Shown: piece after piece, positions 51,003 to 61,592 of the stretch | How positions within the stretch are numbered: the stretch's first letter is position 1 | Layout: each line of letters starts with the position of its first letter | Source of the DNA: the human T2T-CHM13v2.0 reference genome, Homo sapiens | Length of the DNA stretch: 64,000 nucleotides | Assembly: GCF_009914755.1 (NCBI RefSeq) | Contig: NC_060927.1 | Direction: 5' to 3' (one strand) | Program-made: the position numbers and the translations under genes | The notes under the pieces: model-generated | What the model was told of the DNA's origin: nothing | What the model saw: only the letters and a program-made list of their open reading frames with translations | Database searches by the model: none

Positions 51003-51535
51003 TGTGTCTTCGTTTGGGTTCCCCTGAAAGCAAACTCTGAGATAAAAGCTTGGATGTAGACGGTTTATTTAGAACAGAACCCAAGAAGTACAAGTATGGA
51101 GGGGGGAAAAGTAAGAAAGAGACAGTGAATAAAGGAAGCACGCATGAACAGGTTACCACTGTGGACAACTGGGTCCTCAGTCCTGCCAGGAACTCTAGAA
51201 ATCCTAGAACTCTAAGAATTCTGGAGAATTATGTAAACTCTATCTCAGAATAGTCCCATCAAGCCTATTCACTATTACCCACTATTACCTACTGAAATAT
51301 TTATCCACCAGTTTCCTTTTCTTAAGGATTGAAGTTGTTCCTGAAGTTAAATCCCTAGCACTTCTGGCCTGCTCTGCATGAACGGTGAGCCACTCCCTCA
51401 TGCTGGGGAAGCCCTCAGGCAGAGAGATGCAGGCCCCGGAGGTGGGAAGCTATTTCTGCGCACAGTTACTGTCCATCTGCAGCTGCACATGAACTCAGAG
51501 CTGGGGCAGAGGGAATAGAGAGCAGTGCATCTGCC
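51003..51535 (-). mobile_element. Old ERVL-type LTR (LTR16/33 class)
   Basis: Starts 'tgtcttcgtttgggttcccctgaaagcaaactctgaga...tttattt'. Confidence 0.5.
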
Positions 51536-52487
51536 ATGGCTGCTGCAATCTCTTTGGGAATTAGAACATTTCTAAATTCGCGTATGTCTTTTAAGTCCCC
51601 TATGCCGGGAGAGGAATTGTTGAAGAGAAAGCAAAAAGACTTTAGATTCTGGTGGGTCCCTGAAAAGTATCCTAAACTGCTCTGCTAAGCCAAATCCCAG
51701 GACAGAAATGATATAGGAAGGTAAATGACAGTAACCCCCAATAGTGTCCCCATCTTTTACAGCACAGGGAAATGACAAGATCCCAGAATCTCCTTCAAAT
51801 AGCATGGTGTGGGAGCAGAAGAAACCTCTTGGGTGTTTAGGCTGGTGGGTGTAAGGCAGCCTCAAAGAGTCCCTCATTCCCCTGAGAAGAGGGATGTGGG
51901 CATGTCACAGAAGTTGTGACCCACAAAGGCCTTGGGTATGGAGAGCAGGTGGATGTAGCAAAACCTTTCCAGAGAAGTGTCTGGAGACCAGATGGGGACA
52001 GAGCCCTTTCAGAGACTCTGATGTAGATGACAAGGACAAGGACAGGTGCCTGGGCCCTGTGGGACCCCCACAAAGTAGACCTTGCCCTGCGGAGAAAGTG
52101 AATGGTGAAACCTTGAACCTCCTGAGGTTGGTTTTACTACCAAGGAGAAGGGGTTCATGAATTCACTTACAGTGAAAATAAAAACTTTCATCTTTCCTTG
52201 CACATCTGAGCCTATGGCCTCCATACACATGGAACAAAGCTCCTTTGTTTCCCTCTCATACCCAAGCAGAACATTTCCTGGGACCAGAGAGAAGCAACTT
52301 GAGTGTGGGCCCCTTTCTTGTCATGTAAGGGAGATGTGTTCTTTACACTAGTGCTCTAAGACCTTAGCATACATTAGAAGCATTCAGAGGGCTTGTTAAA
52401 ACATAGAAGCCCAGGCCCACCCCCATAAATACTGGCTCAGTAAGTCTGAGAAAGGCCTAAGAAGGACCTTTGTTCTTGGTTACCTTT

Positions 52488-52849
52488 TGATATGGTTTGG
52501 CTGTGTCCCCACCCAAATCTCATCTTGAATTGTAACTCCCACAATTCCCATGTGTCCTGGGAGGAACCCAGTGGGAGGCGATTGAATTATGGGGGTGGGT
52601 CTTTCCTGTGCTGTTCTCACAATAGTGAATGAGTCTCATGAGATCTGATGGTTTTAAAAGTGGGAGTTTCCTGCACAAGCTCTCGCTCTCTGCCTGCTGC
52701 CATCCATGTAAGACATGACTTGCTTCTCCTTGTCTTCCACCATGATTATGAGGCCTCCCCAGCCATGTGGAACTGTAAGTCCATTAAACATCTTTTTCTT
52801 CCCAGTCTCAAGTATGTCTTTATCAGCAGCATGAAAATGGATTAATATG
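52488..52849 (+). mobile_element. THE1A solo LTR (sense to GALNT15)
   Basis: 'tgatatggtttggctgtgtccccacccaaatctcatcttgaattgtaactccc...cttcccagtctcaagtatgtctttatcagcagc'. Confidence 0.88.
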
Positions 52850-53373
52850 CCCTTGCATTCAGTGATGGCCCTGCTGGTCATAGCTGTGCACAGAGAAGGC
52901 ACTTCAGGCACTGCGGACACCAGGCCTCTTCATGTTAGCCCTGTGTAAAAGCCATTCCCTGCCCATGCTTGCCTCTGTGCCATTTAGACACACAGTAAGA
53001 TCCTACTCTGTAGTGCTGTTCCTTCACAATAAAATCCATAGCCAGATCATGAAAGAGGAAAGAGAGAGTGGGCTAGGCTACCTTGGGCAGTCTGAGGGAA
53101 GGGAGGAGTTGGGGTTGGTCATTTGCATAAGTGGTTGCATGCCATCCATTTCCCTTCTTCCCTTTCTGAGGTCCTAGGGTGTTACCTTGTTGTTAAGAAT
53201 TTATTTATTGCATAATGCATAGTGTATATCATATCACTCATCTCTGAGAGTCATTTATTGGACAACCATGTGTTGCCGGGCCAGGCACTGTGCTAAGTGT
53301 GAGAGAGACAAAGACGGAACAACCACTAATGGAGGAGACCAAAAAGCAAACAGCCATCACTGTGTGTTATAGC

Positions 53374-53805
53374 TGTCTCAGTCCATTTGTGTTGCTGTAA
53401 AGGAATACCTGAGGCTGGGTAATTTATAAAGAAGTTTATTTGGCTTGCACTTCTGCAGGCTGTACAAGAAGACTGTGCCAACATCTGCTTCTGATGAGGA
53501 CCTCAAGCTGCTTCCATTCATGGTGGAAGGCAAAGGGGAACCTGCACCTGCAGGGATTACATGGCGAGAAAGGGATTAAGCAAGAAATGGGGGCGATGCC
53601 AGCCTCCTTTTAACAACCAGATGTCACAGGAACCAACAGAGTGAGAATTCATTCACCCGGTCTCCCTCTGCTCCAAGCAGGAAATTCACCTATTCATGAA
53701 GGATCCACCCTCATGACCCAGACACCTCCCATTAGGCCCCACCTCTAACACTGGGAATTAAATTTCGACATGAAGTTTGGAGGAACAAACATTCAAACCA
53801 TAGCA
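53374..53805 (-). mobile_element. MSTB-like solo LTR
   Basis: 'gaatacctgaggctgggtaatttataaag...caaaccatagca'. Confidence 0.82.
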
Positions 53806-54575
53806 CCAAGTCAAACAAAAAAATGCCTGGGGTTAAGTTATTTGGGGAATTGCCTCTCTAGCTTCCCTTATTCTTGCTCTTTTCACCTCAGCTTGAGATG
53901 GGAAGAACAGCGACTGGGCCGTTGATGACATCTTCTTGAATTGCTTGGGCCAGGTCTGCTATTGCTTTGCAGAATTTTTTGTTTTTCACTAGCTGATGTC
54001 TACTGTTCCTTTCATGAATACTCTCAGTCTCTGATTTGTTCTGGCACTTTAACCTGCCATCCATCTGAACAGAAAAATTTCATTTTTTTTCTAGGAAAAC
54101 AGCAGAATTGTTAACACCAAAGCTGCCATGGCTTATGAGAAAACAGACAGATGAAAAGCTAAAGAGAGAAACATACAGAAACCCCAGTGGCGGTCTAATT
54201 GGGGTGTTGATCATCTCACCTCTCTGAGCAATGAGACAGCCTGGAGGTTAGATCAACAATGCTCTGAGTCCCAGGAGAGACCCACGGCCTGCATCTGGGA
54301 CTTCACCAGATCTAGTTTATCTTGAACTGGAGCCAAGAATCCCAGGCCAGAGTCACCCAGCCCCAGTTCTTTTGGGAGCCTTTTTTCATGGGCTGTCTCT
54401 GTCATGGGAAGGCCAAGCTCAAGCCCCTGGGCTGAGGAGGTTAGTGTGATGCCTAACCTCACTAGAGGTTGAGGAAGGAGATGGAATGGGAGAAGGAGAG
54501 ATGGAAATGACAGAGCTAGAGCAAGAGTTGAGAGAAGGCAGAGGAGGGTGGGAGGGTGGGGAGGGCAAGAGGAAC

Positions 54576-55027
54576 TGTATCCGTTTCCTGCGGCTGCCAT
54601 AACAAAGTCCCACAAGTGGGTGGCTTAAATAACAGAAATGTATGATCTCACAGTTGTAGCAACAAGAAGTCCATGATCAAGGTGTTGGCAGTGCTGGTTC
54701 TTTCTTAGGACTGTGAAGGACAGTCTGTTTCATGTCTCTCCTAGCTATCAGTGATTTCCTGGCCATCTTTGATATTCCTTGGCTTTTAGATGTGTCACCC
54801 AGGTCTGCCCTCTTCTTCACATGATGTTCTCTGTGTATGCCTGTCTCTGCCCAATTGTCCCCTTTTTGTAACAATACCAGTCATATTAGATTAGGGCCCA
54901 CCCTAACAACCTCCTTTTAACTTGATAATCTACAAAGATCCTATTTGCTGTCAAGGCCCCCTTCACAGGTTCCCCAGCAGAGGCAGGGCTTCAGTGTAAT
55001 TTTGGAGGACACGATTCAACCCATGAT
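54576..55027 (-). mobile_element. MLT1C/D-like solo LTR
   Basis: 'ggctgccataacaaagtcccacaagtgggtggcttaaataacagaaat...cagtcatattagattagggcccaccct'. Confidence 0.78.
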
Positions 55028-55396
55028 ACGAGCAAGGGTGAGAAAGAGAGGAGAAGGGAGCAAGGTCTGGGCCTCATGTGCCAAGTGATGGTGGGGGATG
55101 GGAAGAACTGGCAGCAAAGCTGTCAGGGACAGCAGCAAAGGCCTGGGGAGTGGAAAAATGTGCTTTGTGTACTCTGGAAAAACAGCAGTGAACAAGCAAA
55201 CAAAAGCCCTACCCTTGTGGAGCTTATGTTTTATGGGAGCGGGTGGAGAAACAGACAATAAACACCTTAGTATTTTAATTTTCCAGGTGTTGAGAAGAGC
55301 CACAGAGATTCTCAAAGAAAGCCCCATGTTGATGAGGGGTTTCAATGTAGAATGGGGGGTCCACGAAGCCTTCACTAAATAGGTGACATTGGAGTG

Positions 55397-55484
55397 AACA
55401 CAAAAATGAAGAAATGAGCCACATGGATGACTTTCTGGGGAACACAAAAATGAAGAAATGAGCCATATGGATGACTTTCTGGGG
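55397..55484. repeat. 44-bp tandem duplication (1 mismatch) inside an L2 fragment
   Basis: AACACAAAAATGAAGAAATGAGCCA(C/T)ATGGATGACTTTCTGGGG x2. Confidence 0.95.
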
Positions 55485-56199
55485 AAAGAGTGCTCAAGCA
55501 GTGGGCTGGCCAGGGTGACAGCCCTGGGGTGGGCTGTTCTTGGTAAGTTCAAGCACAGCGTTGCTAGAGATGAGTGGAAGATGGTGACTCTGCACACTCA
55601 GTTTTCTGAAGGCCTCCTGGATTTGGAACCTTCTAATCCTTCATCCTCATTAACCTCAAAATGTCCCCAGATATTCTGAACTACATCTCCCAGGGTGTCT
55701 GCCTCTTGAATTTGGAAATGACACAGTATTCCCACCTGGCAATACACCGTGATTTGAGATTTGGAAGACACAATTCAATCCAGAAATTGCTAAGCACTGT
55801 CCACTGGGGCATTACAATGGGATTCCAGGAGAACAACCACACATAACCCACTATTTCACCTCTGACTTCATGAAAACACACGTGTATACATGCTTGTGCA
55901 CGTGAGTGTGCACAGACACACCACACACACTGGAAGAAACAACTGAGTCAAAAGGTAAAACATTTTTTTCCACAAACATTTTAGCTGACATTCTAAGATC
56001 AAAATAAAGACAAAAACAATGAGCAAGTTCATTGCAGGACTTCCCCAATGGCAGTTTTCCCCCCTCCACTCTTGGTTGCAGACAGCATGGCTGCTTTACA
56101 GCCATCAGAAGAAACACTGCTCATGGTGATGGTCAGCTATCCTTCAACCTGTTCAAGCCAGAAGCCTGAAAACTGAGCATGCTGGATTCTCTTCTCCCT

Positions 56200-57260
56200 T
56201 CTACCTACCTCACTCCCTCAGTGATCTCAGGTCTCACGGCTTCAAACACTATCTGAGTGCTGCTGGAGTCCAGCTTTGTATATGCAGGCCAGACCTCCCC
56301 CTGACCTTCAGCTATCCTACAACTGCTGCCTTCACTTCATCTCCTCTTAGCTGTCTAGAGGACATCTCGAATGTCACATGTTCCAAATCAAGCCACTGGC
56401 ATGCATTCATCTCCTTCCACCTTCTCTCCTTCCCCATCTTGGTTAATGGCAAGTCTATTCTTCCAACTACTCAGAACAAAAATTTGAACTCATCTTGACT
56501 CTTCTCTTCCTCTCACATTAGTCATTAATTCATCAGCAAATCCTATAGGTTCTTCCTTAAAGTATATCCACAAGCTGACCCCTGTCACCACCGATGCCAC
56601 TTAGTGCAAGCCAAGAACCTCTTGGTTGGTCTCCCTGCTCCTGCTTTTTGCCCCCCACTGATTAGTCTCAACCCAGCAGCCAGAATGATCCAGTTAAAAC
56701 CCAAGTCAGATTGTGTCTCTCCTCTAAGGGCTCCCCTCTCACTCAGAGGAAAAGCCAAAGTTCCTTCAATGCAACCAGGGGGTGTCCTGCATGGTCCTCC
56801 TGCCCCCCGCCCCCTTGCCTTTCTTATTCCACTTCCCATCAGGCTCCACCCTGCTCTCTTTGCTTCAGCCATGCCGGCTGTTCCTCAGACATGCCAGCAT
56901 ACTCTTGCCTTGGAACCTTCACATTTATCATTCTGTCTGCCCCGAACACTCAACCTCAAATAGCTGTGCAGCCCTCTCCTTTACACAAATGGTAACTCTT
57001 CCATGAAACCTTTCTCCACCACTCAATGTCCATTTCCAAGCCCAGCCCATGCTCCCCAGCCCCATCCCTGCTCTGCTTTTTTGCCTTCATCCTCATCACT
57101 ATCTGACCCAGTGGATAGTTTTAATTGTATCTGTCACTAGAATGCAAGCTCCATGAGACACACATTTTTGTCTGTGTTATTCATTGCTCTACTTCCAGTT
57201 CCCAGAACAGTTTTGGCACATAGCATGTGTTCATTAATTATGTGTTGGTTAAATGAAGGA
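56200..57260 (+). mobile_element. L2 3' segment
   Basis: 'ctagaatgcaagctccatgag...ggcacatagcatgtgttcattaattatgtgttggttaaatgaa'. Confidence 0.75.
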
Positions 57261-57589
57261 AGCTTTATGAGGGAAAGAGCATGCCACTCCTCTTCCAGCG
57301 TCCCCCTTGGTGGCCAGGGCAGAGCAGGCATTCAGCTGCTCTTGTGGGAGAAGAAGGGACTTGCAAGATCATCTCCCTTAGCTCCCTCATTTTCAGGAGG
57401 CCAGGGACAGTGGTCCCCAGGAAGGGAAGGAGAGTCCAACCTAGTTTGCCTGATCCCCCATGGGAGGCTGAGGTTGCAAACAGACAGCTGCAGCTCCTTG
57501 CAGCTATGCCACACACACAGCCTTTCTGAATCAGAGGGTATTAGTCTTTCCTTCTGAACTCTTGGGATATTCCTGTTTTGATTTGGCTC

Positions 57590-58218
57590 TAGCAGTGACC
57601 ACACCGAGTTGTGCAAAGCCTGGGAACAGTGAGGGCATTAGGACCAGGAGTGACGCGCACGCTTGGCTCTGGGTTGTGTCTGGCAGAGGGCTCTCGGCTG
57701 AGTGGAGCTATGTGTGAAAGGAAACCAGGCACTGCCTGCCGGCTTTACATCTGTTGATCTGACCTGACTGGAAGCGTCCAAAGAGGGACGGCTGTCAGCC
57801 CTGCTTGACTGAGAACCCACCAGCTCATCCCAGACACCTCATAGCAACCTATTTATACAAAGGGGGAAAGAAACACCTGAGCAGAATGGAATCATTATTT
57901 TTTTCCCAAGGAGAAAACCGGGGTAAAGGGAGGGAAGCAATTCAATTTGAAGTCCCTGTGAATGGGCTTTCAGAAGGCAATTAAAGAAATCCACTCAGAG
58001 AGGACTTGGGGTGAAACTTGGGTCCTGTGGTTTTCTGATTGTAAGTGGAAGCAGGTCTTGCACACGCTGTTGGCAAATGTCAGGACCAGGTTAAGTGACT
58101 GGCAGAAAAACTTCCAGGTGGAACAAGCAACCCAGGTTCTGCTGCAAGCTTGAAGGAGCCTGGAGCGGGAGAAAGCTAACTTGAACATGACCTGTTGCAT
58201 TTGGCAAGTTCTAGCAAC
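57590..58218 (+). promoter_or_regulatory. GALNT15: GALNT15 proximal promoter and 5'UTR (TSS not fixed from sequence, probably ~57700-57880)
   Basis: Unique sequence directly upstream of the CDS. C/EBP-type TTGTGCAA 57609-57616, CRE half-site TGACGC 57651-57656, TATA/MEF2-like CTATTTATAC 57849-57858. No CpG island. Confidence 0.6.
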
Positions 58219-58757
58219 ATGCTCCTAAGGAAGCGATACAGGCACAGACCATGCAGACTCCAGTTCCTCCTGCTGCTCCTGATGCTGGGATGCGTCCTGA
58301 TGATGGTGGCGATGTTGCACCCTCCCCACCACACCCTGCACCAGACTGTCACAGCCCAAGCCAGCAAGCACAGCCCTGAAGCCAGGTACCGCCTGGACTT
58401 TGGGGAATCCCAGGATTGGGTACTGGAAGCTGAGGATGAGGGTGAAGAGTACAGCCCTCTGGAGGGCCTGCCACCCTTTATCTCACTGCGGGAGGATCAG
58501 CTGCTGGTGGCCGTGGCCTTACCCCAGGCCAGAAGGAACCAGAGCCAGGGCAGGAGAGGTGGGAGCTACCGCCTCATCAAGCAGCCAAGGAGGCAGGATA
58601 AGGAAGCCCCAAAGAGGGACTGGGGGGCTGATGAGGACGGGGAGGTGTCTGAAGAAGAGGAGTTGACCCCGTTCAGCCTGGACCCACGTGGCCTCCAGGA
58701 GGCACTCAGTGCCCGCATCCCCCTCCAGAGGGCTCTGCCCGAGGTGCGGCACCCACT
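58219..58757 (+). CDS. GALNT15: GALNT15 coding exon 1 (cytoplasmic tail, signal-anchor TM helix, acidic stem; 539 nt, phase-2 intron follows)
   Basis: Translation MLLRKRYRHRPCRLQFLLLLLMLGCVLMMVAMLHPP...RALPEVRHPL recognised as the GALNT15 N-terminus. Type II membrane layout (basic tail, hydrophobic helix) and the GalNAc-T 'R-x-LP-(D/E)-x-R' motif that precedes the catalytic domain. Donor CT|GTAAGT at 58758. Confidence 0.96.
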
Positions 58758-58861
58758 GTAAGTAAGGCCCTTGTTTTCCCTTCCCTGATCCCAGGGCATG
58801 ATCGGGTGGTAGCAAACTCGGGAATGCAAACTTTCCGTAGCCTGCCTCTCCTGACTTAGAG

Positions 58862-59035
58862 CAAGTGCTTTTCAAGATGCAGTACCTGGGCCAGCAGCGT
58901 CAGCAGCCCCTGGGCACTGGTGGGTTCTCAGAAATGCAGATTCTCAGACCCCATCCCAGACCTGCCAAACAAGAAACTCTGGGTGGGGTCCAGTGGTCTG
59001 TATGAACAAGCCCTTCAGGTGAGAATCATTGTCCT
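58862..59035. mobile_element. MER5A
   Basis: 'agaaatgcagattctcagaccccatcccagacctgcc...aacaagccc'. Confidence 0.7.
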
Positions 59036-59269
59036 AGAAAGCAGAAAGTGAGGACTCTTGCTTGTTCATTCTCTTCTCCGTCCTGGGTTCTAGTTCTTCT
59101 GTCTTTAGGTCAAATGGCTTTATTTCTATAACACAGAAGGGAGGTTAGAGCAGACATTTGCCAGTTCTAACATTCTGACTCCACTACATTTTGATTTTAG
59201 GGTTATTGTTAGTGTTTGCTTTTAGTTTGGATCAAAATAACAATTGCAGTTTACATTTAGGGGGCTCTT

Positions 59270-59480
59270 CCCATGTGTCTGGATTTACTTTACAAGCTTT
59301 TAATGTATTAACTCATAAAGTCCTGGAAAGTCCTCACAGCTCTGCAAGATGGGTGCTAGTAGTATCATCATGCTTATTCTATAGGTATGAAAACAAGGTG
59401 AAGTTGCTTTCCCAGTCACGCTGCTAGTAGGTAACAAAGTCAGGATTTGAATGCAGGCATGTGAGCTCCAGTCTGCCTGA
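59270..59480 (-). mobile_element. MIR
   Basis: 'gcttcccagtcacgctgctagtag...ggatttgaatgcaggca'-type core (degenerate). Confidence 0.55.
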
Positions 59481-60404
59481 CCCACCACTCCATGCCACCT
59501 GCCTTGGGCCACTAGACTAAGGAAACAGGTCCAGTGCCTGAGAGCCAGAATACTGTGCTGACTGCAATTTACCCTGCCAGGGCAGCCCCAGCCCCAGGAG
59601 GTAAGCTGAGAAGTGTAGGTGATGGGCAGAGCTGTGCCCAGGGAGATGCTGGCCCATCCTCCACACCCCCTGCTCCCTTACTGTCACCATGGCTGACCAC
59701 TGAGGAGGGAGCCTTGGTTACCAGCATCCAGGGAGCAAGGCAGCTTGTTAGTTTTAGTTTGGTGATTTAGGTCCCTTTTCCTATAGGCCATTGCTCCTCC
59801 CAGAGCCTGGAGAGTTTCCTGGAAAGCAAACATTTGTGCAGGGCAGCAGTTGGAAGCAGGGCCACACACTCTTCGGATCCCTGATCTAGTTCCCCTCAGC
59901 CTGGCTGCTCAGCCACTCACACTCGAGGGTGTGCAATTGCAGGGTCAGCAGCCGGGAGTGAACATCTCCTTAAATTGTGTGCCCCGGGTGCCTCACTCAC
60001 CGCACCCTACTTCCATTTCAAACCCGCTACACTGTTTTCAAGCCTTACCTTTAAAAGCTATTTTCAGGAAATTCCCACCCCATTCTAGTTTTGTGCCCTC
60101 CTTGCACCCTGGAGTTTTAACTCACAGCACTTACAAAACTAAAGCCAAATGATTATTGATGTATTTATCAGTCGAATGCCTGCTTTCCCTGCTATGCTGT
60201 GAGCCCCTTAGAAGGTCAGGACTGAGTTTGTATTGTACATCCCAAAGCCCAACATGCAGTAAAGAAGTGATTGCTGAATGAACAAACATAGTTTTCAAAT
60301 TTTTTGACACTATTTTTCACTGGCCTGGAGCAAGAGTGAGCATCCTCTTTTTGCCGATAAGAAATAATATTGCCTGAAACAAGAGGGTCTGTGGCTACCA
60401 AAGT

Positions 60405-61375
60405 GGTCTGTGTGTGTGACTGTGTGTTTGCATAGTGCAAATGTGTGGTGAATATGCATATTTGTGGGTCATGGTATATGTATGTTCGTGCATGTGTGTT
60501 GTATATATTCTCTGTGTTGTGTGTGCATTGCATTATGTGTATTAAATGGATGTCGTGCATGTATGTGTAGTACATGCAGGTACTGCGTTATGTGGTGCCT
60601 ATATGCTTGGTGCATGTTACTTTGTGTATGTGATATGATATGCACAGCTATGCATTGTGCAATGTGTCATCTTGTGTGCATGTGTGTTAATGTGCATGTA
60701 TTATGTGCATGGTTCATATATGTATTGTGTATTGGGGTGATGCCACATGCATTGTTCATCTGGGTGTGTGTTGCAGTTTGCTATTTGTTTTGCATATGTT
60801 CACGTGGTGCATGTGTGCACAGGTATTGTGTTGTAACTGTGTTTCTTGTGTATGATGTGCTTCTGTGGTGCATTGTGCTATAAATGCATTGTGTGAATGG
60901 GATATGCATATATGTACAAGTGTGTTGTGTTTATTATGCATGTGGTATAAAGTGCATGGATATGTTGTATGTGGCACAAGTGCAGGTAAATTTTGTGGTG
61001 TGTGTGCTGTGCACGTATTTGTGTGTGCTGTGTGTGTAGTGTGCATGGGTGTAATACGTGTGTATTGCGTATCTTGTGCATGTGGTGTGATGTGCACATG
61101 TACTGTGCATGTACTGTGCCTGTGTGTGCTGTAGTGTTTGTTTTACATGTTTTGTGGTACATGTGTGCGTATGTATTCTTTGTGTGTTGCATGTATGTTA
61201 TACATGTGAGGTGTGAGTGATACATGTGTATATGTGCAGGCATGTTGTGTATGTTATGCATGTAGTGTGATGTTCATGAGTGTGTGATGTGCACTGTGAG
61301 TTGCGTGGTGCAAGTGTGGGTACATTTTGTGCTGTGTGTGTTTGATGTGCACGTGTGCGTTTATGTGTGTGTGCA
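60405..61375. repeat. ~970-bp degenerate (TG/CA/TA) purine-pyrimidine tract
   Basis: Continuous TG/TA/CA-rich low-complexity sequence. Confidence 0.93.
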
Positions 61376-61401
61376 ACACTTCAGTGGTTGCTTCTTCCAG
61401 C

Positions 61402-61510
61402 CAGAGTAACCAACTCGTCTTGACTTGCCTGAGACTTCCCAGATTTTAGCACTGAAGGTCCCAGGCAGTCGGGAGGAAACTCCTCAACCCCTGCGAAGGG
61501 AGACGATTGG
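61402..61510 (+). mobile_element. MER81-like
   Basis: 'taaccaactcgtcttgacttgcctgagacttcccagattttagcactgaaggtccc'. Confidence 0.65.
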
Positions 61511-61574
61511 ATTCTCCAATCCCCAGCTTGCCAGGGTTCTCACGGAACGGCCGCCAGCTTTGTGCGGAGGTGCT

Positions 61575-61592
61575 CAGCGCCCTCTGCTGGCC
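61575..61592 (-). promoter_or_regulatory. CTCF consensus motif
   Basis: Reverse strand GGCCAGCAGAGGGCGCTG matches CCASYAGRKGGCRS exactly, in a locally CpG-rich patch. Confidence 0.7.

Noticed and set aside
55016-55597. 193-aa - strand ORF with internal repeat
   Set aside because: Lies in L2; the peptide repeat comes from the 44-bp duplication read in two frames.
57298-57316. CTCF-like TGGCCACCAAGGGGGAC (- strand) near the promoter
   Set aside because: Two mismatches at high-information core positions.
58195-58218. N-terminal extension of GALNT15 in the ORF track
   Set aside because: Begins at TTG; the first ATG in frame is 58219.
60216-61261. Cys/Val- and His/Thr-rich ORFs
   Set aside because: Artefacts of the TG/CA low-complexity tract.
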